DNA from: Epiperipatus broadwayi
Lineage: Eukaryota > Animalia > Onychophora
NCBI GenBank assembly: GCA_028023455.1
Contig: JAQFVV010000006.1
Coordinates: forward strand, 9,424,001-9,488,000
Direction of reading: 5' to 3'
Length of the DNA: 64,000 nucleotides
Below, piece after piece: positions 38,969 through 52,809 of the stretch. Position numbers and translations under genes: made by a program. Within the stretch, counting starts at the first letter, position 1, and each line of letters begins with the position of its first letter. The notes beneath the pieces are model-generated. The model saw only the letters and a list, made by a program, of their open reading frames with translations, was not told where the DNA came from and did no database searches.

Positions 38969-40468
38969 TGTTACATTGTTAATCATAATTTGATATATTC
39001 TCAAACAATAAGCCATTAAATTATCCTATTCCAAAGCCACCTATTGTAAGCTTGGGGAACCAATGGCTATCAGATGATAACAGGAAGCATATAATATCTT
39101 ATATATATTTTTTTATATTATCCCAAGTTTAGAGACCAAGATGTGTGGGTTTTGATGAACTGATCTGGGCGTTTGGTTCACACTGCCACCTAGTGTTCAT
39201 TTAATAGTCAAGCTTATGATAGATGGTTAGCGAATAAAGAGTTCAGATTACTGATCCTAATTCAGAAGTTGAAAACAACCTTGGAATCATGTGATGCTTA
39301 GCTTAGTATACAACTTATTTATTTAAAACATTTTTTTTCTATCTCAAATTTTTAAACAAATAAAAAATATTAGACATTCAATAATAAAAATGATAAATTA
39401 TATATACAATGCAAAGCAAAAAAAAATAAAGGAATAGATTTTAATTAAATTAAAACTAATAAAACACAGAGACGAGATGTGGTAATTTAATTCCTGGAAT
39501 GCCTCTTTCATAAAATGCATGTGTGGAAAAGTACACTAGTGGCTAGCATCACCTTCAAAGTAGTCCCCTTGTGAATCTAAACATTTCCATTTCTGGAGGC
39601 ACACCTGGAACACATTTTCAGGAATATTGTTAAGCAGCTGTCTCACATTCTTTTGGATATCAATTTCCTTTCAGCACAGTTTTTAATTTTGGAAATAACC
39701 AAAAATCACAGGGAACTACGGTCTGGTTGTATAATTGATTTTTTGGCCAAAAAGTCTCTCACAATGAGCGCATTATGACCATTTTTATACCAAAGTGTAT
39801 ATACAGATATTTAGGGTCTTCTCAATAGCTAACTAACAATTAGTTCTATCTGTTTAAAATTTACACATGTCAGCTTAAACGTGTTCAAACACGAATGTTC
39901 AATACTCATGATTTCGATACAAGCCATTCCAAGAATTAAATGTCACACCTAGTACATATACAATATTTAAAATAACTTTTGTTCTTCACCACATTTAGGC
40001 CCCCTAGTGTAAGTTTTAGTAACCAATTGATGCCAGATGATAGTGCTTATTAAATTCCTCTCCAGGGCTATACTATTCCATATCCCAAAACTAGTTTCTG
40101 GTTTATGGTTTTCACCAGTGAAGAGTTTTTGGATCCTGGGCGTAGTACATCTAGCAGTCATTTTTTATTAATATGAAAGACCAACACAAATATCAGTTGA
40201 AACTTCCTGGGCTACAAACTCATTCAAAATATCGGTGACTTAAATCACTTTCTTTTCCCCCTTTGGTTTTTCATTTTTTATATTTCTTTACTCATACATG
40301 TGTATTGAATAGAATAGTCCTGGATAGAGGACTTAATAAGCATTACTATCTGGCATCTATTGATTTCCAAAGCTGACACTAGGTGGCATAAATGAGATAA
40401 AGGAAAAAAGGAATTTAATAAAAATATCTTGTAAAAATAATTTAAATAAATATATATAGTGTCTATAT

Positions 40469-43400
40469 TGTAACGAGCACAGACGTTCGTTACATTGTTT
40501 TTTTTTTTATATTATTAAACAAATTAAAATAAGAAGTTCGCATTTAAAAATTTTCTTTTAGAATTAAAAATTGAAATTAAATATCATGTTAAACTCGTAT
40601 ATCTTAAATCGCACAGATAAAAAAAAATTATTAAAATAAAACTGTATTAAAAATAGAAAAGGTATTTTAAAAACAAAAACTTAAAAAGATTTGGAGATAA
40701 AATTATATCTTTAAATTTATCTTTAAATATATATTTGATTTGGAAAACAGATTAATTAATCAGAAATGGAAATGATTGTTAATTAGTTAAATGTAAACCA
40801 GCCTTGGTTATTTAAATGTAAAAACATCAGTCAGATAGGAAAACAATAGAAACTTTTAGCAAATGAAATAAATCCATTGGGAAATCGGACCTCAACGAAA
40901 AGGATCATCGCATCGATGACGTAATGTAAATGCAATCCTTCAAATGAATATAAAAGGACAAGGTTGAAAATTATTAGGGATTGGAAATTGATTATTACGA
41001 TGTGACTATATGTATTAGTACGGAGTTGAGGTGAAGGAATTGACAGACGCACGGTCAATTCTTTCAGCTGTTAAAGAAAAGAGAAATGAACTATCGTTTC
41101 CTACATTGAGGACCAATTGAACTAAAAAACCTCCGAATGAATAAATAAAACAACGGCTAAATGGATACCAATCTTTTGAGGACGGCGTGGGAATTCCCGT
41201 TCAAACTTACAAACGACAGATAAAGATGAACTGTTTAAAACCGTAAGAACTTTACAATTAATGAACATTAAATTAAAAACTTTTCGTATTTAAAATAATT
41301 GCATTAGTTTCCTATCTGACTAAAGTAGTTAAAATGTTATTTGATGTATTTTTTATTTATTTGTGTAAAATCATTTCCATTTATTTAATTTTGTTCTTTA
41401 AGTTTATTTATGATTTCTGTTTTCCGATAAATTAAAATATATCAATGTTAAACTTAAATCGGGCATGAATGGCTGTATAGATTTGTAAAGTTATATTAGG
41501 GGAGGGTAATCTTGGTTTATTTGTTTCGTGGTTAAATTGGCTCAATGGATTGGATATATTGGTGTGATTAGTAGATGTAATATTGATTCGCTACGGGCAG
41601 AATCGCTTCATATGCCGCACACTTCAGTTTGCCTATGGAAGGAATTATAAGTCGGATACCGCAGTTCCTTTCTATGGAGTTTTTTGTTTTATTGCTCTTC
41701 TTTGCAGATAGATGTAATATTCCTATCTCATGAGAAGCAATTTCTTCTCTTAACTTTTTGTGCTGCCGTATTTTATTTCATTGAATACATCGATATATCA
41801 GATGAATTGATGCCGGTTTGACTACGAATTTTAACCTAAGGTTAAATAGGGATAGAATGTTTATTTCAAAAGCAAATTTATGTGGTCTATTCATACTCGA
41901 CCTTAAATAGAAATGCATTAAATTTAAGTTGTTTATAGACGCTTGCATGGATTGTTTATTGGTTAACTATGTTTGCGTTTCCATATTTGATCAAAATATA
42001 TAGACATTCGATAAATAATGATACCTTACGGTGAGTATCAAAAATGTATTTATTCGGATGTCTTTTAAGTTATTGGTGACAATGCAAGTATCTTATGGTG
42101 AATACTATTGGGTTACGTATAAATTTCCCTCCGCAATTGTCAGTAATCAATAAGTTTGTATTTTGATCGTTTATGTTTACTTTGAAATGTGTTTAACCGT
42201 TGAAATCTATGTAACCGATCTATAGCAACATATTATAACAAGTTTTTATAATCCCATCTGTGCGAACTTAATTAAAATGTAAACTGATAATATAATAGGA
42301 ATTAAAATGTAAATTAAAATTAAAAATAATGTTAAATTTTGAAATGAAAATCTGATACTAAAACAATTTTAAATCTTATATATATATGTGCGTAAATAAA
42401 TTTTTGTATGTTAATTACTGGCAGTGGCTTATTTTATTCTTTTTTTTTATATATACTCTTAGATTATATTATTAAATCTCTGCTATTCCACTGAGCTAGT
42501 GACATGGGCTAACGACCGGAACCAAAATATTAAAAAAAAAAAAAAATTTTTTTTTTTTGACTGACGTATCTGCCTACTTTATAAATTTTTCTAGGTTCAG
42601 ATGCCTAGATGTCGCCCCGTAGTGCAGATTACGTTAAGTCGACCTTCTCCGTATCGTTACAACTGGCTTTCCCAATCTGGGGCCGATCTTTAATAAACCA
42701 CATATACCCTGAGCAAATTTTATCAAAATGAAATGTTTTATCTGTTTACATAAGTCGTATATTTTAAATCTTATAAAAGCACTGCCAGAAAGAAATTGCG
42801 CATATATATTAAACACGAGAAAGGATAAATAATTTTAAACTGTATTTTGTTGAAAAGAAAGTCAAAAGGTTGCATTTGATATGTTTTTTTTGTTAATATA
42901 TATTATGCTTTTATGTGTATAGGTGCGCACAGCCACGTAAGTTTATGATCGAAATGTGGTGCCTTACGATGAGTACCTTTGGGAATTACTTCAGTGTAAC
43001 CCTATGTATGCATTTCAATCAGTCATAAATAAGTTGGTGGTATTTATAATTGTGCTGCAAATATACACGTATAAATCCATTGTCTTTCAAAATATATTTA
43101 CTTCAATGCAACCTTCTTAAATAAGTAATTTATAAAATAACTTGCTTGTCATGCCGTGTGTAAAAAAATAAAATGTATAAAATAAAATAGAATTCTCGGG
43201 GGGAGGAGGTGTAAACGTAAATGGTCCTTAGGTAAGCGATAGTCAACATTTTCTTTTTCTTTTTGTATTTAGTCTTTATACTAACCGAATGTTTGTAAAT
43301 TTTGTTAATCGTGTACCGTAATTACTAACCCTGAGTAAAATATTTTTTTTTTTTGATCATTTTTTTTTAAGCAACTTTACTGATATGTAACGAGCACAGA

Positions 43401-45575
43401 CGTTCGTTACATTGTTTTTTTTTTTATATTATTAAACAAGTTAAAATAAGAAGTTCGCATTTAAAAATTTTCTTTTAGAATTAAAAATTGAAATTAAATA
43501 TCATCTTAAACTCGTATATCTTAAATCGCACAGATAAAAAAAAATTATTAAAATAAAACTGTATTAAAAATAGAAAAGGTATTTTAAAAACAAAAACTTA
43601 AAAAGATTTGGAGATAAAATTATATCTTTAAATTTATCTTTAAATATATATTTGATTTGGAAAACAGATTAATTAATCAGAAATGGAAATGATTGTTAAT
43701 TAGTTAAATGTAAACCAGCCTTGGGCATTTAAATGTAAAAACATCAGTCAGATAGGAAAACAATAGAAACTTTTAGCAAATGAAATAAATCCATTGGGAA
43801 ATCGGACCTCAACGAAAAGGATCATCGCATCGATGACGTAATGTAAATGCAATCCTTCAAATGAATATAAAAGGACAAGGTTGAAAATTATTAGGGATTG
43901 GAAATTGATTATTACGATGTGACTATATGTATTAGTACGGAGTTGAGGTGAAGGAATTGACAGACGCACGGTCAATTCTTTCAGCTGTTAAAGAAAAGAG
44001 AAATGAACTATCGTTTCCTACATTGAGGACCAATTGAACTAAAAAACCTCCGAATGAATAAATAAAACAACGGCTAAATGGATACCAATCTTTTGAGGAC
44101 GGCGTGGGAATTCCCGTTCAAACTTACAAACGACAGATAAAGATGAACTGTTTAAAACCGTAAGAACTTTACAATTAATGAACATTAAATTAAAAACTTT
44201 TCGTATTTAAAATAATTGCATTAGTTTCCTATCTGACTAAAGTAGTTAAAATGTTATTTGATGTATTTTTTATTTATTTGTGTAAAATCATTTCCATTTA
44301 TTTAATTTTGTTCTTTAAGTTTATTTATGATTTCTGTTTTCCGATAAATTAAAATATATCAATGTTAAACTTAAATCGGGCGTGAATGGCTGTATAGATT
44401 TGTAAAGTTATATTAGGGGAGGGTAATCTTGGGTTATTTGTTTCGTGGTTAAATTGGGTCAATGGATTGGATATATTGGTGTGATTAGTAGATGTAATAT
44501 TGATTCGCTACGGGCAGAATCGCTTCATACGCCGCACACTTCAGTTTGCCTATGGAAGGAATTATAAGTCAGATACCGCAGTTCCTTTCTATGGAGTTTT
44601 TTGTTTTATTGCTCTTCTTTGCAGATAGATGTAATATTCCTATCTCATGAGAAGCAATTTCTTCTCTTAACTTTTTGTGCTGCCGTATTTTATTTCATTG
44701 AATACATCGATATATCAGATGAATTGATGCCGGTTTGACTACGAATTTTAACCTAAGGTTAAATAGGGATAGAATGTTTATTTCAAAAGCAAATTTATGT
44801 GGTCTATTCATACTCGACCTTAAATAGAAATGCATTAAATTTAAGTTGTTTATAGACGCTTGCATGGATTGTTTATTGGTTAACTATGTTTGCGTTTCCA
44901 TATTTGATCAAAATATATAGACATTCGATAAATAATGATACCTTACGGTGAGTATCAAAAATGTATTTATTCGGATGTCTTTTAAGTTATTGGTGACAAT
45001 GCAAGTATCTTATGGTGAATACTATTGGGTTACGTATAAATTTCCCTCCGCAATTGTCAGTAATCAATAAGTTTGTATTTTGATCGTTTATGTTTACTTT
45101 GAAATGTGTTTAACCGTTGAAATCTATGTAACCGATCTATAGCAACATATTATAACAAGTTTTTATAATCCCATCTGTGCGAACTTAATTAAAATGTAAA
45201 CTGATAATATAATAGGAATTAAAATGTAAATTAAAATCTAAGGTAAAGTTAAAAATAATGTTAAATTTTGAAATGAAAAACTGATACTAAAACAATTTTA
45301 AATCTTATATATATATGTGCGTAAATAAATTTTTGTATGTTAATTACTGGCAGTGGCTTATTTTATTCTTTTTTTATATATATACTCTTAGATTATATTA
45401 TTAAATCTCTGCTATTCCACTGAGCTAGTGACATGGGCTAACGACCGGAATCCAAATTTAAAAAAAAAAAAAAATTTTTTTTTTTTTTTGACTGACGTAT
45501 CTGCCTACTTTATAAATTTTTCTAGGTTCAAATGCCTAGATGGCGCCCCGTAGTGCAGTCTACGTTATCGTTACA
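40469..45575 (+). mobile_element. Non-autonomous LTR retrotransposon 2 (2.2-kb LTRs, 724-bp non-coding interior)
   Basis: Direct repeats 40469-42661 and 43386-45575 with TGTAACGA...TCGTTACA ends; ATAT TSD; PBS-like TGGCTTTCCCAATCTGGGGC at 42664-42683; purine tract at 43198-43209. Confidence 0.88.
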
Positions 45576-48483
45576 ATATATATATATAACATATTTAAAA
45601 AAAAATTAAATAATGAGTAATAGATTAAACCAAAAAACAGTAGAATATTAGCAATTTCACTCATCAGGATCAAATACATAAGGGGCCCTTAAAATTACAC
45701 AACTACTAGACATTTATTAGCTTAACAATAATTATTATTTATTTAAATAACATTTTTAATCTTAAATACACACATACTTAAAAAATAATAATAAACAGTC
45801 AAGTAATATTATAATAAATTAATACATACATATATATATTTAAAAAATTACTTTAAATACCTTTACTAATAAGTCTAATTGAGCGAGTTCTATGTCATTA
45901 TTCTTTTAAAAAGTAAGTTTTATTTCATGTAGTTAAAAAAAACTGTTAACTTTCTTAAGGAATGTAATAAATAAAGTCTTTTAAAGAGTAAAAGATTATG
46001 TGGGTGAACTTATCTCTAAATCAGCTTGCCATACAAAATTGCAATAAAATGGCTTATTTTTTTCTTAGAATTACCCATTCCCTATTCCAACATTAAATTC
46101 ACCTTTTTGTTCACACACACACACAAAAAGACATTCTTCCTCATTACAAAACTAATCTGAGAAAAAAGGCTACCAGAAAAATGCATAATTCTCAATGAGC
46201 TTTCATTATATGGCATTTAGATTACTAAATATAGATAAGTCTCCATTCTCATCCATTTCTACAGGCAGCCCACTATTCATTAAGAATAATTATGTTAGAA
46301 TATTAATTAACCTCATAACCATGCACATAACACTCATTCACAATTGCTTCTTCATCAAGATTAAACAGTGAGAAGCAATATACAAAACAAAAATAACATC
46401 AAATATCATCTAATCTTTTGTATTATTCAACAACAAATACATTATAAGGAAATTGAGACATTGGCACCTGAATTGCAAATTTCCTTAAATTTTAATTAAA
46501 ATCAAGGTTAAAGCCCTTCCCACCAATTCTTTTCTTTCTTATAAATGGCATCTTACAAATAGTTCCATTTCCATGAAATATTTCCTGTTGGAATACTCCT
46601 CTCTCCAATCATATCATACTCTCGTCATTAATGTTTCTCATTCAAATATACAAATACTAATCACCTTCATTGATGACATATGGAAAGGGCTTTTTTCCAA
46701 TATAAGAATTCTCACCATCATTGTTTCACACTCAGATTTAGAAGATGCCCCATATTCTTTAATCCTATATCTCCCAATTATAAAACAGTCCTAAAAAAAT
46801 TAGGTGATATTAAAATCACAGACAATCATGGACCGGCAGATATTTTTGCAGCTTCCTGAAATCTGGTCTCATTTACAGCATCACAGTGACTTAATCCACT
46901 TTCTTTTTGCTTTTTGATATTTCTGTACTTATAAAAGTATATTGCAAATATTGAAGAGTCTTAAAATATAACCGATGTTTGATGTGTCCAAAAATAAAAG
47001 AACAATTTCAATTACATTAAAGCAACGGAATGGAAATCTTATAAGTAAATTTATATTCTTATTTAATTGTTTTTTAATTAATATACAATGTGTGTGTTTG
47101 AACAATATATATTAAAATTAATGGTTATAATATTTATGTTCCTAGCAATAAATGGGAACTCTGAAAAGAAAGTTTGTAATAAGAAGAGGGTAATAGGTTT
47201 ATTAAGTGAATTATTCTTAATTTAGGAAAATCGCTAATAAGTAAAGGCTTGACAATTAATGGTGGCATATTAATGATAATTCCATCTACTTAACATTTAT
47301 GTGCAGAGAACTTCAAATATAACTTCAATGCTGCAAATTAATTTAGAAATACTAACTTGAATTATACAGTGAATAAAATAAAAACCATTTTATATATTAT
47401 GAAATAAATAAGTACAGCTTATTAATATATAACCACAAAAATAATTTTTATATTTCATGTTCTTTACATTTTCTTATAATTTTAGATTTACATTATTTTT
47501 TTGTTTGTTTATCTCAAATTGATTTTTAATCTCATATAACGTTGTTTAGTTTGTATAGTAATACTTTACATTATTAATGTTTTGATTCCTAATGCACAAT
47601 AAAAATATTAAAAAATGGATTATTAAAATAAAGGATAAACTGAAAAATTCAAATGCATTAGATCGAGGTCTAAAAGCTCCTCATTGGCAAAGTCATACGC
47701 CAGAAACTAATCCGAGGATAGAGATAATATTGGATAGCGATTTAATAAGAACTACTGTCTGGAATCTACCGATCACTCAAGCTGACAATAGGTGGCAGAA
47801 CTGTAATAGTGTACATTGAGTTTACTCCTGAAAAACATGTGTAGGCAGAAATCATGCAAAAAAAAATTTGTGCTATAAAAAATAATTGTCATTTAAAAAA
47901 AAAAACTTTATGGTATATATTTTTGTTTTTGAGTGAATTTAATTTGTTTATTATTTAGTTTATATTCTATCAAATTACTGAATTTTGAAAAGTATACCAT
48001 GTGGACAGAGCATTCCTAAATTGTAAGACTATTGAAGCATACAATTATTTAACACGAGTAAAACTTTTTTACAAAATCCAGTTCCATAAAACTCTTTCAT
48101 AAATACATAGTAAAAATTTAGAAAATGATATAATACTTTAATGAATTGTTTTTTGTTTTTTATAAATAAAAAAAATATTAGATTTAGTTTTAGACATAAA
48201 TTAACAATGTGTCAAAATACTTCATTTCAAAATAAAACAAGCATATAAATAATGTTTATATATTTTGAAGCAGAATAATTATTTAAACATAATTTTCTAC
48301 TGGCACCGTTGCCTGCAAAACAAACAAGTTTCACCAAAAGCAGCTATATACTACCCCTTAGCTAAAAAATTTGTTTAAAGTGAAATACTGAAGCAATATT
48401 ATCAAGCAAAGTTCATATATTCCAAGTATAAATATACTTAATACTATATAGAAATTTTAAAAAATACTTTAATTCTCTTAAAT

Positions 48484-48943
48484 CAGGGGTGGGCAATTGT
48501 TATGGCTAGGGGGCCGCTTTGTGGAAGCGAAGGTTAGTGGAGGACCACACCTTTTCTTCATGACACAATAAACACACTGCTTTACTACCTGTATTACCAA
48601 AAAAATATTTGTTTGTCCATTCTTCATTAAACACACGATATTCATCACCAATTTTACATTTTTTCAGAGGGTTTATAGTTTCTACTAAAGTTGGAAATGT
48701 ATATATTTGCTAATGCAAAGACAAAATTGAAATTAACCAAATCAACTGGAAAAGCACTGCACATCGTATCTACACTGCACATGGGTATTGACGTGGCCAT
48801 CCTAGTGTAAAATACGAGACGAATCTTCGTCGCGCATGGGAAGGAAATCTCAGTTCAAGGCGGATTTTTCTGATTGTCTTGGTGGGCCGCATAAAAATTC
48901 TTAGCAGTCTGCATGTGGCCCTCGGCCGTTATTTGCCCACCCG
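48484..48943 (-). mobile_element. Second copy of the same hAT deletion derivative
   Basis: TIR CAGGGGTGGGCAA / TTGCCCACCCG; perfect 8-bp TSD TCTTAAAT; colinear with 24040-24477. Confidence 0.88.
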
Positions 48944-49359
48944 TCTTAAATGAATTAAAAAGCAAAAATAATTACTTTTTTTTAAAAAACATTCACAAAT
49001 AAAAATATAGGTCACTTATGCTTAGAAATAATTATGCTTTACATAAATAGAAATTAGATTCTAATGACTTTAGCAAGTCGATAAATAAATTACAATAATA
49101 CTTAAGTCAGATTCCTAAAATAACATTATAAATAACATCCACTTCCTTGTATTAAAGTCAAGCTATTCTTCAGATAAAAAAAAAAGAAAGATAATTTTTC
49201 ATCTGATGAATAGAATGGCAGTGATAGAAGAAAGTAGGTGTTGATTTCAAGATTATTTACATGATTCTATGGGAATTTAATTTATGAATTATTGTAGCAA
49301 CCTTTTCTGAATAATTGTATCATAAATAGGTCTATAGAAAATTTTTTTTTCATATACAC

Positions 49360-49450
49360 CAGGGGTGGCCAAACTTTTAGACGTTGGGGTGACTTTTTTT
49401 AGTGAAAGTGGACCTGAGGCGACATCTTTTTCAAGGCTTCAAATCGAAAC
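49360..49450 (+). mobile_element. hAT-type terminal fragment
   Basis: CAGGGGTGGCCAAAC is a typical hAT TIR; the partner end was not located. Confidence 0.45.
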
Positions 49451-50007
49451 CCAGGAAAAAAAACATTTTTACGAAAATGAAAACTGGAACAGAAAAAAAA
49501 TAATAGTTTGAAGTTTGGGGATTATTTGCTAGCTAGACAAAGTGTTTTAAAAGTTCATAACTTCTTTGTTTTAAAATCAGTTTATTAAAATCCTTGTTTT
49601 TTCAGGACAAAATTATTTTAAAACAACAAATATTTCTATGAATTTTAGCTCTAGCATCACACAAAAATAATTTAATTCTTTTCAACTTTTTCCAACCTGG
49701 GTTTATTTTTGAGATCGACAATAATGAACAGGTGTTATTTTAAATTTATTTTTAAACGAGAATAATTTTACATTTTTTACCTTTTTTTTTTATTATTTTT
49801 TATATTCAAATCAGCTCTGAATTTATTATTATAATTTATCAATGTTCACATCATTTTCATGGTCAACTGGTTGACAACAGTCGACATCTTGGCTACTTCT
49901 TATATACACAGTAGCAAAATGATGAAGAATATCAAGTTGATAAGAAGCTCATAAAAATTGATGGAAAGTAGAATTAAGATTATTTTTGAACATGAGCGCT
50001 CCAAGCT

Positions 50008-50143
50008 TTTATTTGTATCAAACTAACAGTTTCGACTGTCCTGCAGTCATCATCAGAGCTCTTGACAAAATAGAAATAGGATTGTCAAGAGCTCTGATGA
50101 TGACTGCAGGACAGTCGAAACTGTTAGTTTGATATAAATAAAG
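50008..50143. mobile_element. 136-bp palindrome (family E) with an HHR in each arm
   Basis: Plus strand: gagct CTGATGA T GACTG-CAGGA-CAGTC GAAA CTG TT agttt at 50089-50130, with an exact mirror of this core on the minus strand. A degraded relative lies at 12555-12625. Confidence 0.8.
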
Positions 50144-50309
50144 AGTATTGATAAAGTGTTTAAGAAAGGTGGAAATGGTATGGCATGTTAAAGTAGAAAT
50201 CAATACATAGGAAAAGGAAGTAGAAGTAGAAAATTATATTACTTTTAACTAATATGTTTGAAGACATTTATAGATATACAGTGTGGGGTACAAACAAAAA
50301 AAAACTTAC

Positions 50310-50419
50310 CAATATAATTTGGAGCGTTCTACTAACGCATATGTTTCACCATCACCGATGAACATGGAACAACAAAAACACTTGAAACATTCTGGATGAA
50401 ACTTGTGTTCTCCGGCCAC
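50310..50419 (-). CDS. LIMK1: LIM kinase exon: LIM2 ([37 protein letters not shown])
   Basis: Matches the LIMK LIM2 motif VAGE.K.HPECF.C..C..FIGDG.TY.LVE.SKLYC. Poly-T AG acceptor and GTAAGT donor; 110 nt, leaving in phase 2. Confidence 0.95.
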
Positions 50420-50502
50420 CTAAAAAAAAATATTTACATAAAAACACTTCTCGCAATTTCAAACTGGTATTATAAAATGTCAAGTGAATTTTGAAAACTT
50501 GC

Positions 50503-50638
50503 CATAACAGGTCCTGTGATGATATGGGCACATCCATGACATGCTTCACCATACCGAGCCCAGTAATCGTGTTTGCAGAAGAGCATTCCATTTCTTTCAA
50601 AGTACCAGTTAGAGAGGGAAACTTTGCACACAGAACAT
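50503..50638 (-). CDS. LIMK1: LIM kinase exon: LIM1 second half and start of LIM2 ((R)CSVCKVSLSNWYFERNGMLFCKHDYWARYGEACHGCAHIITGPVM)
   Basis: LIM Cys/His pattern matching LIMK1 (FCK.DYWARYGE.C.GC). Acceptor cccatctcaaatAG at 50639-50640; donor GCAAGT at 50502-50497. 136 nt, entering in phase 2 and leaving in phase 0. Confidence 0.93.
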
Positions 50639-51369
50639 CTATTTGAGATGGGAAAAAACATATTTGTTAAAAAAAAAATAACATTCGATACTTTTAACTA
50701 ATATAACCCTACAACTTAAATCAACATTTAACAATTGCGAATCCATGAAGCAGTAAGCCTCTAACGAAATTTGACAGATTGACAAAAAATACTTTGATTT
50801 TTTTTTTTTAAATTTTAAATCCATTACAATAAAAAAACCCTTTACTGAAATTTGAGTTAAAAAAAACTAGAAATAAAAAATATTTAAATAAAATAACTTT
50901 TAAGCAATATATATATATTAATTTATTGTTAAAGTAACTAATCCATAGCCTTCAATTCAGGACAAATCAAGTCCTTGCAATCAAAACAGAAGCAAGACTG
51001 GATCAGCAAAAAATTATTTGACTTTAATTGATGTTCGGAGGGGGGGGGGTTAAAAACAATGATCTAAAACCATTAATTATTTCATAAGCTTAATCTAAAA
51101 GTTTCTAATAAAAAAAAAAAAAAAATTAAATACAATAAACTATAACTAGCACGTTTTCTATTTACATTCGTTAACTTTGAAAAATTATTCATTTTAAATT
51201 ATTTATTTTGTAAAAAAAAAATAATATTTTATCATAAAAACAAAATCACTAACAATCTATGTAGACAACCTTTATGTGGAATGTGTATAAAATTTTTCAT
51301 CTGAAGGGTGGGAGGTTAGAGCAACCAGACAATAAGAAACTACGATCAACTAACGACTTTGACGGTCGT

Positions 51370-51590
51370 TTGATATTAAATGCCATCATTCCCCTTCCTA
51401 TCTCAAATTCAGAAAAACACCATAAAATACTAATGCTTGAATATCATAGCACCTCACTGAAGAAAGCCTGAAGTTAGAAACCGGTCTAAAGTTAGGGATA
51501 TTCTGAAAAGTTTGTTAAGAGCTATTGGCACACTCATTAGATAACATTTGTAATACAAGCTTATTAAGTCACATGATATATGACTTGATT
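51370..51590. mobile_element. Degraded family D copy with HHR core
   Basis: cctca CTGAAGA aagcctgaagtta GAAA CCGG TC at 51452-51486, followed by aaagtttgttaagag...gtcacatgat shared with the other family D copies. Confidence 0.6.
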
Positions 51591-52809
51591 TCTTAGCAAT
51601 GCAACATATTCATGTATAATGCCAAAATAATTTTGTGCCTTTAAAAATATACATTTTTTTTTTTAAGATGATATATTTAAAAAAAAATAACCAATTGGAC
51701 AGCCCTGGGAAAGTCATGTGAATACTGCTGAGACAAGGAGTTAATTGTTACTTGAATTGTAATTTTACACTTCAAAAAATAGAATTATTACTGCTGCCTG
51801 GTATAATTTAGCACAGTAGTATGACCTTGTATTTAGAACTCCAGGTTTTAGGATGAATTCTCTGCTGAGTAATGCACAAAAACCCAATGTAATGGTTAAA
51901 TGCTTAATCTGCCAACAGGGGGGGCTTCAAATGTCACATGACTTTTAATAAAATTGTTCATACAATCACTAATATTATCATCATTGTTCAATAAATTATT
52001 GTACAAATTTTAAACAAGAACAATAAAACCATATATATATATATTTGGGGGGAACTTGCGTATAGTCTGGATCTGATGAAAGTTGCTAGCAACAAACTTA
52101 TGTGTACATAATGACTAAATTAAAGATATTCACGATCTTCTAAGAAAATAGCTGAAGATATATAGATATATTCTTTTTTGGTTTGTTTACCATTTGTAAC
52201 AGATTTATATTGTTAAAAATCTACTTGTTGAAAGATTATTTCTCACAAAAAAATGTTAATGCTTGTTTGTTTTTCTCCCAGTAAATAGTTATAGACGGCC
52301 ATTTTGAAAAATAAATCTATAAGTTTACTTGGTGGAAAATAATTTCTCACAAAAAATGTGAATGTGTGTTTGTAGTCGTTTGTTTCAGATCCACTAAATA
52401 AAATTATAGGTCATCAGTTTGCAAATAAATCTTTGATTGGAAGTTTGTCAGTAAGTTATTTTCTGAGATCAGTAAATTAAAAAATTAGTGCCAGACTAAC
52501 ATATGTGACATGTTATTGCCAGTCATTAATACGTAAGTACCATTTTTAACTCATAAAATGTTAATATTAGTAATAATCATTTAATAACATCAAAATACGT
52601 TTTGTTTTGTTTTTTTTTTTAAAAAAAGACTACTACTTTTTAGTCGTTATTCATATCTTCAAATGAGACTTTTAAATTTTTAAGAATCATTTAGATATAT
52701 TTTTTCTTTTCGAATTGAGCAAAGAAAAAAGGAGTAGTCGTTTCCAGAAATAACTAATCAGAGATAATATTTTAAATACATGCCTAGCATTTATATTGTA
52801 AGCTAGGTG

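Noticed and set aside
27386-43975. Duplicated ORFs 27386/31530, 28159/32299 and 40831/43748
   Set aside because: Short chance ORFs duplicated only because they lie inside the LTRs.
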